From the NCBI GenBank assembly GCA_913058405.1, contig CAJXRC010000002.1, forward strand, positions 2,932-66,931: a stretch of DNA of 64,000 nucleotides, written 5' to 3'. The notes below the pieces were generated by a model that did no database searches, was not told where the DNA came from, and saw nothing but the letters and a program-made list of their open reading frames with translations. Made by a program: the position numbers and the translations under genes. This document shows positions 31,162 through 39,814 of the stretch, in pieces. This DNA is from an uncultured Colwellia sp. GTDB taxonomy: Bacteria; Pseudomonadota; Gammaproteobacteria; Enterobacterales; Alteromonadaceae. How positions within the stretch are numbered: the stretch's first letter is position 1; each line of letters opens with the position of its first letter.

Positions 31162-32202
31162 TTAGCTGACTACTTTGTTAGCGGACGCAATTGATGCTTG
31201 CACAAGAGAACCTGAACCTGGAGACAGTGAACATTCAAGTTTTTGACCTTTATAAATTTTAAAAGTTGGACAACCAAAACGTACTCGGCGTAATTGGCGC
31301 TCAATTAAATCTTCAGCGTTAATTACATTCGTTAATAATTCAGTGAACTGTTTTCGGCTACGATGAATTTGAATATTTAGGTATGACATATCAACCCCTA
31401 AATCTCTCAGTAAACAGTCAGTGTTTATCCAGCCTTGTTCAGCAATGGGCAAGTCTTTCTCGGCATCAGCGACTCTGTATCTTGCTAAGTTCAAGGTTAA
31501 ATAGTGATGACTGCGACTCTGCAGGTCAATACTGCCTTGTGCCGACTTTACCGTTAGCTTGGTAATTTCTTCATCTAAGCTGAGTTCAAAAAGACATTGA
31601 ATGTCGTCAATGTTGAGTTGAGGTTTTGCTTGAATTTCTGTGCTGTCTGCTAAATGACTTAATTGAAATTGCCAGCGTTGGTTGTCAAACTCAACAATAT
31701 CATGCTCAAGTAACGACCGCGGTTGTAACTGAGGTTCGTTAATATATTCGATACGCCATTGGCCTGTTACTTGATTCAAAATCAAGGCTATTTCGGGTTC
31801 ACTTTCATTGGGTAATAAATGATAAGGCTGTAATGATATAGCTTCTTTAGGGTCACCGCACTGCTCTTGGTTACTATCAGGATAAGGGATCAATTTAACG
31901 CTAGGCGGGTTTAACTCGCCGACAGTGAACACTATATCTTCGTCATTGGAGAAACGAATCTCGTCACCCACTTTTAGTGATTTTGGTTGTTGTTTAGTGA
32001 GTTTTTTTTTATTCAACCAGGTGCCATTACTGCTTAAATCACGAATAAACCATTGTTGGTTATGCCATTCAATAACTGCATGCATTTTAGAAACACGGGG
32101 ATTGGTAATAAGGGTGTCTACTGAATAAGCGAAACGACCAAAGTTATGATAAGCATATAAATAACATCGTGTTTGCGACTGATGATTGAATAAATAAGCC
32201 AT
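31162..32202 (-). CDS. FHA-domain protein with a C-terminal winged-helix-like region
   Basis: The FHA signature residues are present: GR (NFGRF), SxxH (SKMH) and NGT (SSNGTWLN). The C-terminus (YLNIQIHRSRKQF ... RRVRF) resembles the OmpR/PhoB-type trans_reg_C recognition helix and wing. Confidence 0.8.
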   Translation of the reverse strand: MAYLFNHQSQTRCYLYAYHNFGRFAYSVDTLITNPRVSKMHAVIEWHNQQWFIRDLSSNGTWLNKKKLTKQQPKSLKVGDEIRFSNDEDIVFTVGELNPPSVKLIPYPDSNQEQCGDPKEAISLQPYHLLPNESEPEIALILNQVTGQWRIEYINEPQLQPRSLLEHDIVEFDNQRWQFQLSHLADSTEIQAKPQLNIDDIQCLFELSLDEEITKLTVKSAQGSIDLQSRSHHYLTLNLARYRVADAEKDLPIAEQGWINTDCLLRDLGVDMSYLNIQIHRSRKQFTELLTNVINAEDLIERQLRRVRFGCPTFKIYKGQKLECSLSPGSGSLVQASIASANKVVS

Positions 32203-32476
32203 AGTAAAACCTAACTAAGCAAAACTGAAAGTGAATTTTTATAGGGGAAAAAATAGAGTAGCGTTTATTAGTACTAGTGTCCAGTCGTTTACCCCTTAGT
32301 TAACTCATTAACATCGCTGGTTTTTATCTAGCTGTAATAAGATGTAATATTTTTATTCTGATAACTCGTTATGCTTGGACTAATACAAAGATACTTATTT
32401 TTATATAGCTAATACCATTCCGTATAAAGAAGTGAGCACTTTCTTATACGGATTGGTATAACACATCGATGGCATC

Positions 32477-33397
32477 ATGATAAAAAAATTTAAAAGTAAC
32501 TACCAACTCTTAAACTTCAACAGCACCCACCCACTATGGTTAAACGCCATACTTAAAACGGATGCTATTGAGCGTGTTAGCTATACTTTACTCTGTCGTT
32601 TGCAAACGACGGTTGAGCCAGAACTATTATTCTCTATTTTCTATCAAGAAGTTAGCCAGTATTTGCCTATTTCTAATGTTCGGTTCGTAGCAAGTAACCT
32701 TGAATTAAATATTCTAGAGCACGATCACGGTGGTTATTGCATTAGTCAGAGGTTGGCGATTAAAGATAAGACCCTAGGCTGTTTTAAATGTTATTTCACA
32801 GATAAGCCGACATTAGCCCAAGTACAGTTGCTGAAAAAGCTGGTGAAAATACTGTCTTATCCTTTGAATAACGCCATAAAATATCAGCAACTAAAGCATA
32901 TGGCGCTAACGGATAATTTAACTGGTTTAGCAAATCGCAACCAGTTTGAAACGACCTATCAAGGTTTGGTAAGTAATAATAAAGAAAAACAAACCTGCTT
33001 TTCTTTGTTAGTAATAGACCTTGATGGCTTTAAAAAAGTGAATGATCAATTTGGTCATCAAACGGGAGATCTCGTCCTTTGCAGCTTTGCTAAAATATTA
33101 TTAGCGTGTTGTCGTGAACAAGATAAAGTTTTTCGCTTTGGTGGTGATGAGTTTACTATTTTACTGAATGACACTAGCGTTGAATCCGTGCCGAGAATAG
33201 CACTACGCATAGCAAAGCTAATGGATACATGTAAGTTCTTAGCAAAATTCGGCCTGTCTTGTAGCATAGGCAGTGCGCTATACCATCGATATGATGAATC
33301 TAAGCAACTTTATGGCCGAGCAGATGAAGCATTGTATCGAGCAAAAGGAAAAGGTAAAAATTGTTTGGAAATGTCGCCTTGTAGCCAAGTGATTTAA
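32477..33397 (+). CDS. Diguanylate cyclase (GGDEF) with an uncharacterised N-terminal sensor domain
   Basis: GGDEF active site (RFGGDEF) with an RxxD I-site (REQD) five residues upstream, plus DLDGFKKVND. Confidence 0.9.
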   Translation: MIKKFKSNYQLLNFNSTHPLWLNAILKTDAIERVSYTLLCRLQTTVEPELLFSIFYQEVSQYLPISNVRFVASNLELNILEHDHGGYCISQRLAIKDKTLGCFKCYFTDKPTLAQVQLLKKLVKILSYPLNNAIKYQQLKHMALTDNLTGLANRNQFETTYQGLVSNNKEKQTCFSLLVIDLDGFKKVNDQFGHQTGDLVLCSFAKILLACCREQDKVFRFGGDEFTILLNDTSVESVPRIALRIAKLMDTCKFLAKFGLSCSIGSALYHRYDESKQLYGRADEALYRAKGKGKNCLEMSPCSQVI

Positions 33398-33487
33398 AAT
33401 AAAGTTGGCTCAACCTCTCCATTTTTTGCACAACTGAAAGCACCCTTTATTGTGCTTGAATAAAAAACTCCTCAATAAAACGCAAAC

Positions 33488-33506
33488 GCTAATGATTTGC
33501 ATTATC
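33488..33506. promoter_or_regulatory. Fur box
   Basis: gctaatgatttgcattatc matches the 19-bp consensus GATAATGATAATCATTATC at 15 of 19 positions. It lies just upstream of a tattat -10-like hexamer and the DUF3649/PepSY genes. Confidence 0.6.
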
Positions 33507-33665
33507 GCCTGTAGTATTATACTGCTCTAATTTAATGCCTGTACTGCCAATGCATTATGCTCTTGATATATTTTGCCCTATTCACTGAAAAGGCTAAGTA
33601 CAAGTGGCAATGTAGAGCCAGTTGATATGGAATATTTAGTGTCTTATTTTATTAATTTTTTTAAC

Positions 33666-33959
33666 ATGCCTAGCCCTCGCTGGGCTGTATTTTCTCGCAT
33701 ATTAGCAGCCACCTTGGGCGGCTATGCATTAGCAACATCGAGTGCACTTTTTATCGGCCAATTACTCTTTAGTAGTGCTGGGAAATATCAAGCTATTCAT
33801 ATCGGATTATTGCTCTCCTTTCTTGTGTATGCCTGCGCGGCTATGTGGGTATTTTCGGTATCCAATGCCACTAAGGCGTGGATAGGTCTAATAAAGTGGA
33901 ATCTTGTCTTTTTACTCTGTACTTGGTTATTAATGCAATTTTCGGGTGCGAGTAACTAA
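33666..33959 (+). CDS. DUF3649-like small membrane protein
   Basis: ~97 aa with 3 TM segments, immediately upstream of and overlapping a PepSY-TM gene (ATGA overlap). The longer TTG-started ORF (33573) is less likely. Confidence 0.6.
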   Translation: MPSPRWAVFSRILAATLGGYALATSSALFIGQLLFSSAGKYQAIHIGLLLSFLVYACAAMWVFSVSNATKAWIGLIKWNLVFLLCTWLLMQFSGASN

Positions 33960-35590
33960 TGAAAGATAACTTTAGACAATCAATGAAGTGGTTTCATACT
34001 TGGGTCGGCCTGAGTGTTGGCTGGATTTTGTTTTTCATGTTTTTAACTGGAACACTTGGTTATTTTTATCAAGAAATAACCCGTTGGATGGAACCAGAGC
34101 GACCTTTCATTGAACATAATATTAGCACTGAAAAATTAATTACTATTGCCCAAACGTACTTGCACAAAAATGCTCAGGGTGTTGATGAATGGGATATTAA
34201 TTTACCGACTGTTCGCAATCAAAATTTGCGTGTGGGCTGGCGTAATCCGCCAGAAGCGGGGAAGAAACGTGGCCGGTATAAGACAACAGTGTTAGATATA
34301 ACTACAGGCGAAAAAGTCGAAAGCAGAGCCACAGGTGGTGGTAGGCTGCTTTATAGAATGCATTATCGTTTGCATTATTTATCGACTAAAATTAGCTATT
34401 GGATTGTTGGCTTTTGTTCCATGCTGATGCTGTTAGCCGTTATCACCGGCGTTGTTATCCATAAGAAAATATTCACTGATTTTTTTACCTTTAGAGCAAA
34501 AAAAGGTTTGATTGGCTGGTTAGATATTCACAATGTACTAAGTGTTATTGCTTTACCATTTCACTTTATGATCACCTACAGTGGTTTACTTTTTTTCCTT
34601 TTTACTTACATGGCGCTCAGTACTAATCTGCAAACCAATGAAGATGAATATAGGGAAATGCGTAAAGAGATATACCCTCGAACTATTCATGCAGATAGTG
34701 TGAATCAACCAACAGAAATGCAAGAGTTTTCATCGTTATACCAACAAGCAAAAAACAGGTGGAAAAATGATGAACTCAGCGCGATTGAAGTATTTGCTGC
34801 AAACGATATAAATGCCCAAGTACTTTTTATTCGTCATGAAACTGATATCACTTATAACCCCAATGACCAAGTAATGGTTAACGCAATTACCGGTAAAATC
34901 ATCCAACAAACACCGAGAGAGTATACTGCCGCCGGTATGATTCATAATGGTTTTTACTCGTTGCATGAGGGACAATTTGCGGGACCACTAGCCCGTTGGA
35001 TTTACTTTTTAACCGGTCTTATTGGCACGGCAATGATTGCTTCAGGTTTAATTCTTTGGACCACTAAACGTAAACCGAAACAACTGAAAAAACCGAACGG
35101 CCCCGATTTTGGTTACCGACTAGTTGAGCAACTTAATATTGGAACTATTGTTGGTTTACCTATCGCTATCGCTATGTATTTTTATGCTAATAGGTTATTA
35201 CCTGTCGCTATAGTTGATCGAGCCGATTGGGAAGCGAATGTGATGTTTATTAGTTGGGCACTATTATTAATTTATCCCGCGTTTCGTCCAGCTACTAAAG
35301 CATGGCGTGAGCAGCTTCAACTGGCAGCACTAGTTTATATGGCGCTACCCTTGATAAATGCATTAACTACAGATAAACACCTAGTTAATAGTTTGCAACA
35401 ACAGGATTGGGGCCTTGCTGCTTTTGATCTGACATTCTTCACCATTGGCTGTTGTTTTGCTTTTTCGGCCTATAAATACAAAACACTGCAGCCTGAAAAA
35501 GCAGTGAGTAGAAAAGCAACTCGACCTGACAGTACATTAGATAATGAAAATCGACTGCAGTTGTCGAGAGTTCGCAAGGAGAATGGTTGA
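33959..35590 (+). CDS. PepSY-associated TM-helix protein (PiuB/FoxB-like putative ferric-siderophore reductase family)
   Basis: Typical N-terminus WFHTWVGLSVGWILFFMFLTG, repeated His-containing TM helices, ~540 aa and the Fur box upstream. Confidence 0.8.
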   Translation: MKDNFRQSMKWFHTWVGLSVGWILFFMFLTGTLGYFYQEITRWMEPERPFIEHNISTEKLITIAQTYLHKNAQGVDEWDINLPTVRNQNLRVGWRNPPEAGKKRGRYKTTVLDITTGEKVESRATGGGRLLYRMHYRLHYLSTKISYWIVGFCSMLMLLAVITGVVIHKKIFTDFFTFRAKKGLIGWLDIHNVLSVIALPFHFMITYSGLLFFLFTYMALSTNLQTNEDEYREMRKEIYPRTIHADSVNQPTEMQEFSSLYQQAKNRWKNDELSAIEVFAANDINAQVLFIRHETDITYNPNDQVMVNAITGKIIQQTPREYTAAGMIHNGFYSLHEGQFAGPLARWIYFLTGLIGTAMIASGLILWTTKRKPKQLKKPNGPDFGYRLVEQLNIGTIVGLPIAIAMYFYANRLLPVAIVDRADWEANVMFISWALLLIYPAFRPATKAWREQLQLAALVYMALPLINALTTDKHLVNSLQQQDWGLAAFDLTFFTIGCCFAFSAYKYKTLQPEKAVSRKATRPDSTLDNENRLQLSRVRKENG

Positions 35591-35913
35591 TGGTCTTATT
35601 AACCAGCCTCAGCTTTTTAGCTATGGTGCTTTTTTGCTTGGCAATGGACAAACATCAAAAACAAGTCTTAGTGCAAAAAATGCCTAAGGTCGCGACATCA
35701 CTTTTCAGACTTTTAGCTTGGCTGGTGTTATTTCTTACGGCCTATTTAAGCGTGACGTTATTTGGCTGGTCTATTGGTCCGGCATTTTTATTCGGTGCAC
35801 TCACTATGGCAACGTTATTACTGATAATGGTACTGACTTATCGCGCGAAAATAATACCGCAACTTGCACTTGCCTCGTTATTAATTGCTGGCGTAAGTGT
35901 ATTAAGTCACTAG
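35587..35913 (+). CDS. DUF3325-like small membrane protein
   Basis: 108 aa and hydrophobic, with an AMDKHQ motif. It overlaps the PepSY gene stop by 4 nt. This is the canonical third gene of the trio. Confidence 0.6.
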   Translation: MMVLLTSLSFLAMVLFCLAMDKHQKQVLVQKMPKVATSLFRLLAWLVLFLTAYLSVTLFGWSIGPAFLFGALTMATLLLIMVLTYRAKIIPQLALASLLIAGVSVLSH

Positions 35914-36006
35914 TTGCTGGTATTGATGTATTGCTTATTACCAAGTACTTGCTTACAGTCTTTGCCTCACAATTGTACCGTTATTAGTAACATGTAAGGA
36001 AGTATC

Positions 36007-36765
36007 TTGGAGTTTGCAGGCTTAACTATTGAAATAGCGTTATTTTTATTTACCATTGCCATTATCGCGGGCTTTCTTGATACCTTAGCGGGCGGGGGCG
36101 GTTTATTAACGCTTCCTGCACTGATGATGAGTGGTATACCACCACTGGTAGCGCTGGGTACCAATAAGTTGCAATCTTGCGTGGGAGCTGGGACGGCCAG
36201 TGTGATGATGTTACGTAATAAGCGAGTAAGGTGGCATCAGATAAAAGAGTTAATGCCAGCTGCCTTTATCGGCTCTGCTATTGGTACTGTCATTGTTCAA
36301 TTCGTTAATACCGAAGCGTTGACGTTTATCATTCCTGTAGTCATTAGTGTTATTGGTATCTATTTCTTGGTCACACCCACTGTTGATGCAGAGAATAAAC
36401 CTGCGAAAGTATCGTCATTAGGTTATCGAAATTTTGTCGTGCCTTTGATCGGTTGTTATGACGGGATTTTGGGACCAGGCACAGGATCTTTTTTCACTTT
36501 AGCTGGCCGTGCATTGCGGGGGCAGAAATTTCTTGAAGCGACTGCGATAGCTAAAACACTGAATTTTTCCACCAATATTGCCTCGTTGATTGTGTTTTTA
36601 TTTGCTGGGCAGGTCATTTGGTTGGTAGGCTTTACCATGATGTTTGGCCAACTTATTGGTGCTTGGTTAGGCTCCCATTGTCTCTTTAAAATTCCGATAA
36701 ATTATTTAAGATATTTAGTGGTTATCATGTGCTTTGGCATGTTGGCTAAATACGTGATGACTTAG
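36007..36765 (+). CDS. TauE/SafE family sulfite/anion exporter
   Basis: LAGGGGLLTLPALM motif, ~8 TM segments, 252 aa. TTG start. Confidence 0.8.
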   Translation: MEFAGLTIEIALFLFTIAIIAGFLDTLAGGGGLLTLPALMMSGIPPLVALGTNKLQSCVGAGTASVMMLRNKRVRWHQIKELMPAAFIGSAIGTVIVQFVNTEALTFIIPVVISVIGIYFLVTPTVDAENKPAKVSSLGYRNFVVPLIGCYDGILGPGTGSFFTLAGRALRGQKFLEATAIAKTLNFSTNIASLIVFLFAGQVIWLVGFTMMFGQLIGAWLGSHCLFKIPINYLRYLVVIMCFGMLAKYVMT

Positions 36766-36823
36766 TTGTTCTGATATTTTAAGCGTAAACAAGCTCCGTA
36801 ATATGTCAGGCTTTTTATGTTTG

Positions 36824-38554
36824 TTATAAAAATAACGCCAAACGTGTATTAAAGCCGCTAGATCTACCTTGTAAATTACACGCTTCAGAGATAAAACTAC
36901 AACGGTTTAAGTCAATCCAGCGGTAGTTGAAATTGAGGTTAAATTTTGGTGTTAACCACCAAGCAAAACCAACAGATAATATCGAGGTATCTCCGGCAGC
37001 TAAACCACCGTCACTGCCGTCAAATACCGACCAACGAGTACTGACTTCTAATGCACCCCAGCCACCTTGTTCAACACTGCGTGCAACGCGTAAAGGAGAG
37101 AAGGTGCCACTTCGCTTGTTGTATTCACGCATTTCACCGGTTACTGAGAATACGGCGCTAATGTGGTATCCTGAAAGCTCTGGGTTTTGTAGATAATCAG
37201 CCGCAACTTTACTTTTAGTATATTCACCAATCACCCAAACGGGACCTTTCCGCCAAGCTGCTTCAAGGTTATAAGTAACACTGTTATCAGCATCAATGTC
37301 TCCGGTATCGACAAAAGTAGATGATTTGTTAAATTCAGGTTCAGAAGCGTATCTTAATCCTTCCTTTGCATTACTGTAGCGTAGACCAAAAGCCAGATGG
37401 ATTAACTCATCTTCATCTTCTGACTGGTAAGGTAACCAAGTTGTTCGTCCCACTAGTTCTGTGGAGTTTTCGCTGAGTGAACCTTCGTCCTCTATCCAGT
37501 TATTAAACACACCGCCTGCCCAAGTTAGCTTTTGATTAAGTGTTATGCCACTTAAGACAGCACCAAAGTTACGTGAGGGCAGTAATGCATCAGAAACCAA
37601 GGCGCGTTCCTGCATAGGTAGAAAAGTCATACTCATGAGCCTTTCCATAGAAATAGGTTCTTTTTGCTTACCGATGCTGAGGGTAGTGTTATAAAAGGTC
37701 GGGATATCGAGACGCCAATCCATAAAACTAACATTATCTGTAGTGTTGGTGTCAAAACCCTTATCAAAGGTATTGGTTGCTCCTGTGATCATATAAATCC
37801 AGGGTTTATCAAATTTTATCGCCCCGGCGAGCCCAAAACGTAGCGCCCGAATTTCACCACCATTAAAATCTTGTAAATCTCCCACTTGCGCTAAGCTAGC
37901 TTCATCTTGCGACTCCCAACTTTGCCTATCTAAAGCCAGTGCTCCGATTAATATGGTAGAAAAATAATCATTATCAAACTTTATCCAATCTGCATCCTTA
38001 TAATTACTGGGTAATACGATTGGCGGCGGAGTATAAGATAGCCAGCCTGTACGTTTGGGTTTTACTCTTTTTTGTTCTGCGATAGCTGAAATATTGCTTT
38101 CAGCTCTGAGGTTATTTCGAATAATTACGCCGTTATGAATGGCGAGCAGTACATGTTTTTTAGTGTCGAGTAAGGCCTCAATATTCTCATGTGGGTTAGC
38201 ATCTAAAATTAGAAAGTTGGCAGTTTCCCCCGACTCTAGTGAGCCGAGAATAAAGCCACTTTGGGCATCAAAAATGATATCGCCATGGCCAACGTCAATG
38301 TCATCTTGCGTGACAAGGTCGAATAATTTATTCGTGATGACTAAGTTAGCGGTAGTGCTCTTATTTTTTTTTGCAGGGTCAACAAAGGTGATATTTCGGA
38401 TCACGATTTTTTGTTCAACTACCTCTGGAGCATTCGCTACATATTCTTCTGAAACTTGTTCGGCTTGGCAAATAGACAACTGAGTTAATGTAAGGATGAC
38501 TACTGAAAGAGTTGTCCAGATCATGGTGAATATATTTTTTTTTATTTTCATCAT
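36824..38554 (-). CDS. Outer-membrane porin (OprO/OprP-like barrel) fused to an N-terminal amidohydrolase-type beta-sandwich-like domain
   Basis: Signal peptide. The N-terminal ~110 aa read like the composite domain of metal-dependent amidohydrolases (IVIRNITFVDP...FDAQSGFILG / GETANFLILDANP...HNGVIIRN) without the TIM barrel. The C-terminal ~400 aa are beta-barrel-like and end in TRLALFL. Confidence 0.55.
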   Translation of the reverse strand: MMKIKKNIFTMIWTTLSVVILTLTQLSICQAEQVSEEYVANAPEVVEQKIVIRNITFVDPAKKNKSTTANLVITNKLFDLVTQDDIDVGHGDIIFDAQSGFILGSLESGETANFLILDANPHENIEALLDTKKHVLLAIHNGVIIRNNLRAESNISAIAEQKRVKPKRTGWLSYTPPPIVLPSNYKDADWIKFDNDYFSTILIGALALDRQSWESQDEASLAQVGDLQDFNGGEIRALRFGLAGAIKFDKPWIYMITGATNTFDKGFDTNTTDNVSFMDWRLDIPTFYNTTLSIGKQKEPISMERLMSMTFLPMQERALVSDALLPSRNFGAVLSGITLNQKLTWAGGVFNNWIEDEGSLSENSTELVGRTTWLPYQSEDEDELIHLAFGLRYSNAKEGLRYASEPEFNKSSTFVDTGDIDADNSVTYNLEAAWRKGPVWVIGEYTKSKVAADYLQNPELSGYHISAVFSVTGEMREYNKRSGTFSPLRVARSVEQGGWGALEVSTRWSVFDGSDGGLAAGDTSILSVGFAWWLTPKFNLNFNYRWIDLNRCSFISEACNLQGRSSGFNTRLALFL

Positions 38555-38764
38555 GGCCCTATTTTTATCAATTGAATGACAACAAGTGCTAAAATGTGCT
38601 GGGTCATGTTTCTAATTTATGACTCAACACAAATTAATTAAGTTATTTCATTATTGATAATATTCTAGACTACATTGTGAACCTAGGCCTCAATCCATGA
38701 TGAATATTGCCTTATTTTCAGTGACTTTTGTTTGTGCTGACAATTTCATTGTCTATTGTTGTCG

Positions 38765-39061
38765 CTAAATTGTCGTTAAACTGGCAAGTTCTTCAGAAAA
38801 CAAATCAGTTAAAAAAATGAGTGCAGGAAAAACATGGAAGTAACTTCGCATAAAAAATTGAATTGTTTCATTCGCATGATTTAACTCCATGAAATAATCC
38901 ATAATGCGTCTGCCCTTATACGCTATAGAACAACAAATAATAGCGGTAATGGCTAAGCTCGGTTCGGCTGTTTCGGCAACAAAAGCATTAGCAGAAGTAA
39001 TAATCATCAATAACACCCAAGAGATATCTAATGCATTCAGTGTGAAGAGGTTCTTTATCAT
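38765..39061 (-). CDS. Small membrane protein, prokaryotic cytochrome oxidase subunit IV family (NorF/NirP-like)
   Basis: 98 aa with 3 TM segments and KGRRIMDYFMEL resembling the CyoD/CoxIV-family motif. Sits 9 nt downstream of the CoxIII-like gene. Confidence 0.45.
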   Translation of the reverse strand: MIKNLFTLNALDISWVLLMIITSANAFVAETAEPSLAITAIICCSIAYKGRRIMDYFMELNHANETIQFFMRSYFHVFPALIFLTDLFSEELASLTTI

Positions 39062-39070
39062 GAGTGTTCC

Positions 39071-39691
39071 TTATCGAAGTACATATAACAGTGGAAAAAT
39101 AATCACCCAAGCTAAGTCGACCATATGCCAATAACAAGCAATGGCGGTTAAACCAATATGATTTTTCTTGGTATATCGACCAACTTTGAGCTGGTGAATA
39201 GCCCAGAGTAAGCTACCGCTTGCCCAACCAACATGTAATAAATGGTTAAAGGTCATGTAGTAATACATTGTGTAGAATTTACTGGTATTGGTTACAATGC
39301 CTTGATCAACATTCCAGTGATATTCCCAAACTTTAATCACTAGATAAATACAGCCACAAGACACTGCTCGCCATAGCCATTTTATACTTTGCTCAGGGTC
39401 ATCCATACGAATAGATGCCAATGCTTTGGCAACAAAATAGCTACTAGTGATTAAGGCAAACGTGTTTAAGGTGCCAGCTAACGTGTTTAACTGTTGCGGC
39501 CCTTGGTTAAATTGTTCTGGGTAGTGTGCTTTGGCAATGAAGTACACTAAAAAAAATAGAGCAAACTCAGTCATTTCGGCAAATATACCTACCCAAATTG
39601 CTCGGTTACCGGGTATTTTATTGAGTGTTTCAGGCTCTTTAGTGACTGAACCACTGCCGTTTAGATTAAAACCTGTTGCTGTAATAGTCAT
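39071..39691 (-). CDS. Cytochrome c oxidase subunit III family protein (NorE/NirO-like)
   Basis: 206 aa with 5 TM segments and His- and Trp-rich helices (YWHMVDLAWVIIFPLLY is the typical CoxIII C-terminus). Confidence 0.75.
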   Translation of the reverse strand: MTITATGFNLNGSGSVTKEPETLNKIPGNRAIWVGIFAEMTEFALFFLVYFIAKAHYPEQFNQGPQQLNTLAGTLNTFALITSSYFVAKALASIRMDDPEQSIKWLWRAVSCGCIYLVIKVWEYHWNVDQGIVTNTSKFYTMYYYMTFNHLLHVGWASGSLLWAIHQLKVGRYTKKNHIGLTAIACYWHMVDLAWVIIFPLLYVLR

Positions 39692-39814
39692 ATAATTCCT
39701 TACTCGTAGACAGGGGCAAACTAAGCCATCACTTGTCCTTAGGAGTGAAGTTAATAATTCATGGTTGTTTACAAAAAGCGACTCGCCTAAGCCGCTTTAT
39801 TGTAATTTCATTAA

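Noticed and set aside
35718-35987. 89-aa plus-strand ORF overlapping the DUF3325-like gene in another frame
   Set aside because: The DUF3325-like frame is coupled to the PepSY gene and is uniformly hydrophobic, as expected. The alternative frame has no features.
36927-38483. Plus-strand ORFs 36927-37196 and 38139-38483 within the porin gene
   Set aside because: They are antisense shadow ORFs.
39715-39728. Minus-strand TGGCTTAGTTTGCC between the ccoG-like and CoxIII-like genes as a sigma-54 promoter
   Set aside because: The GG-to-GC spacing is two nucleotides too short for a -24/-12 promoter.
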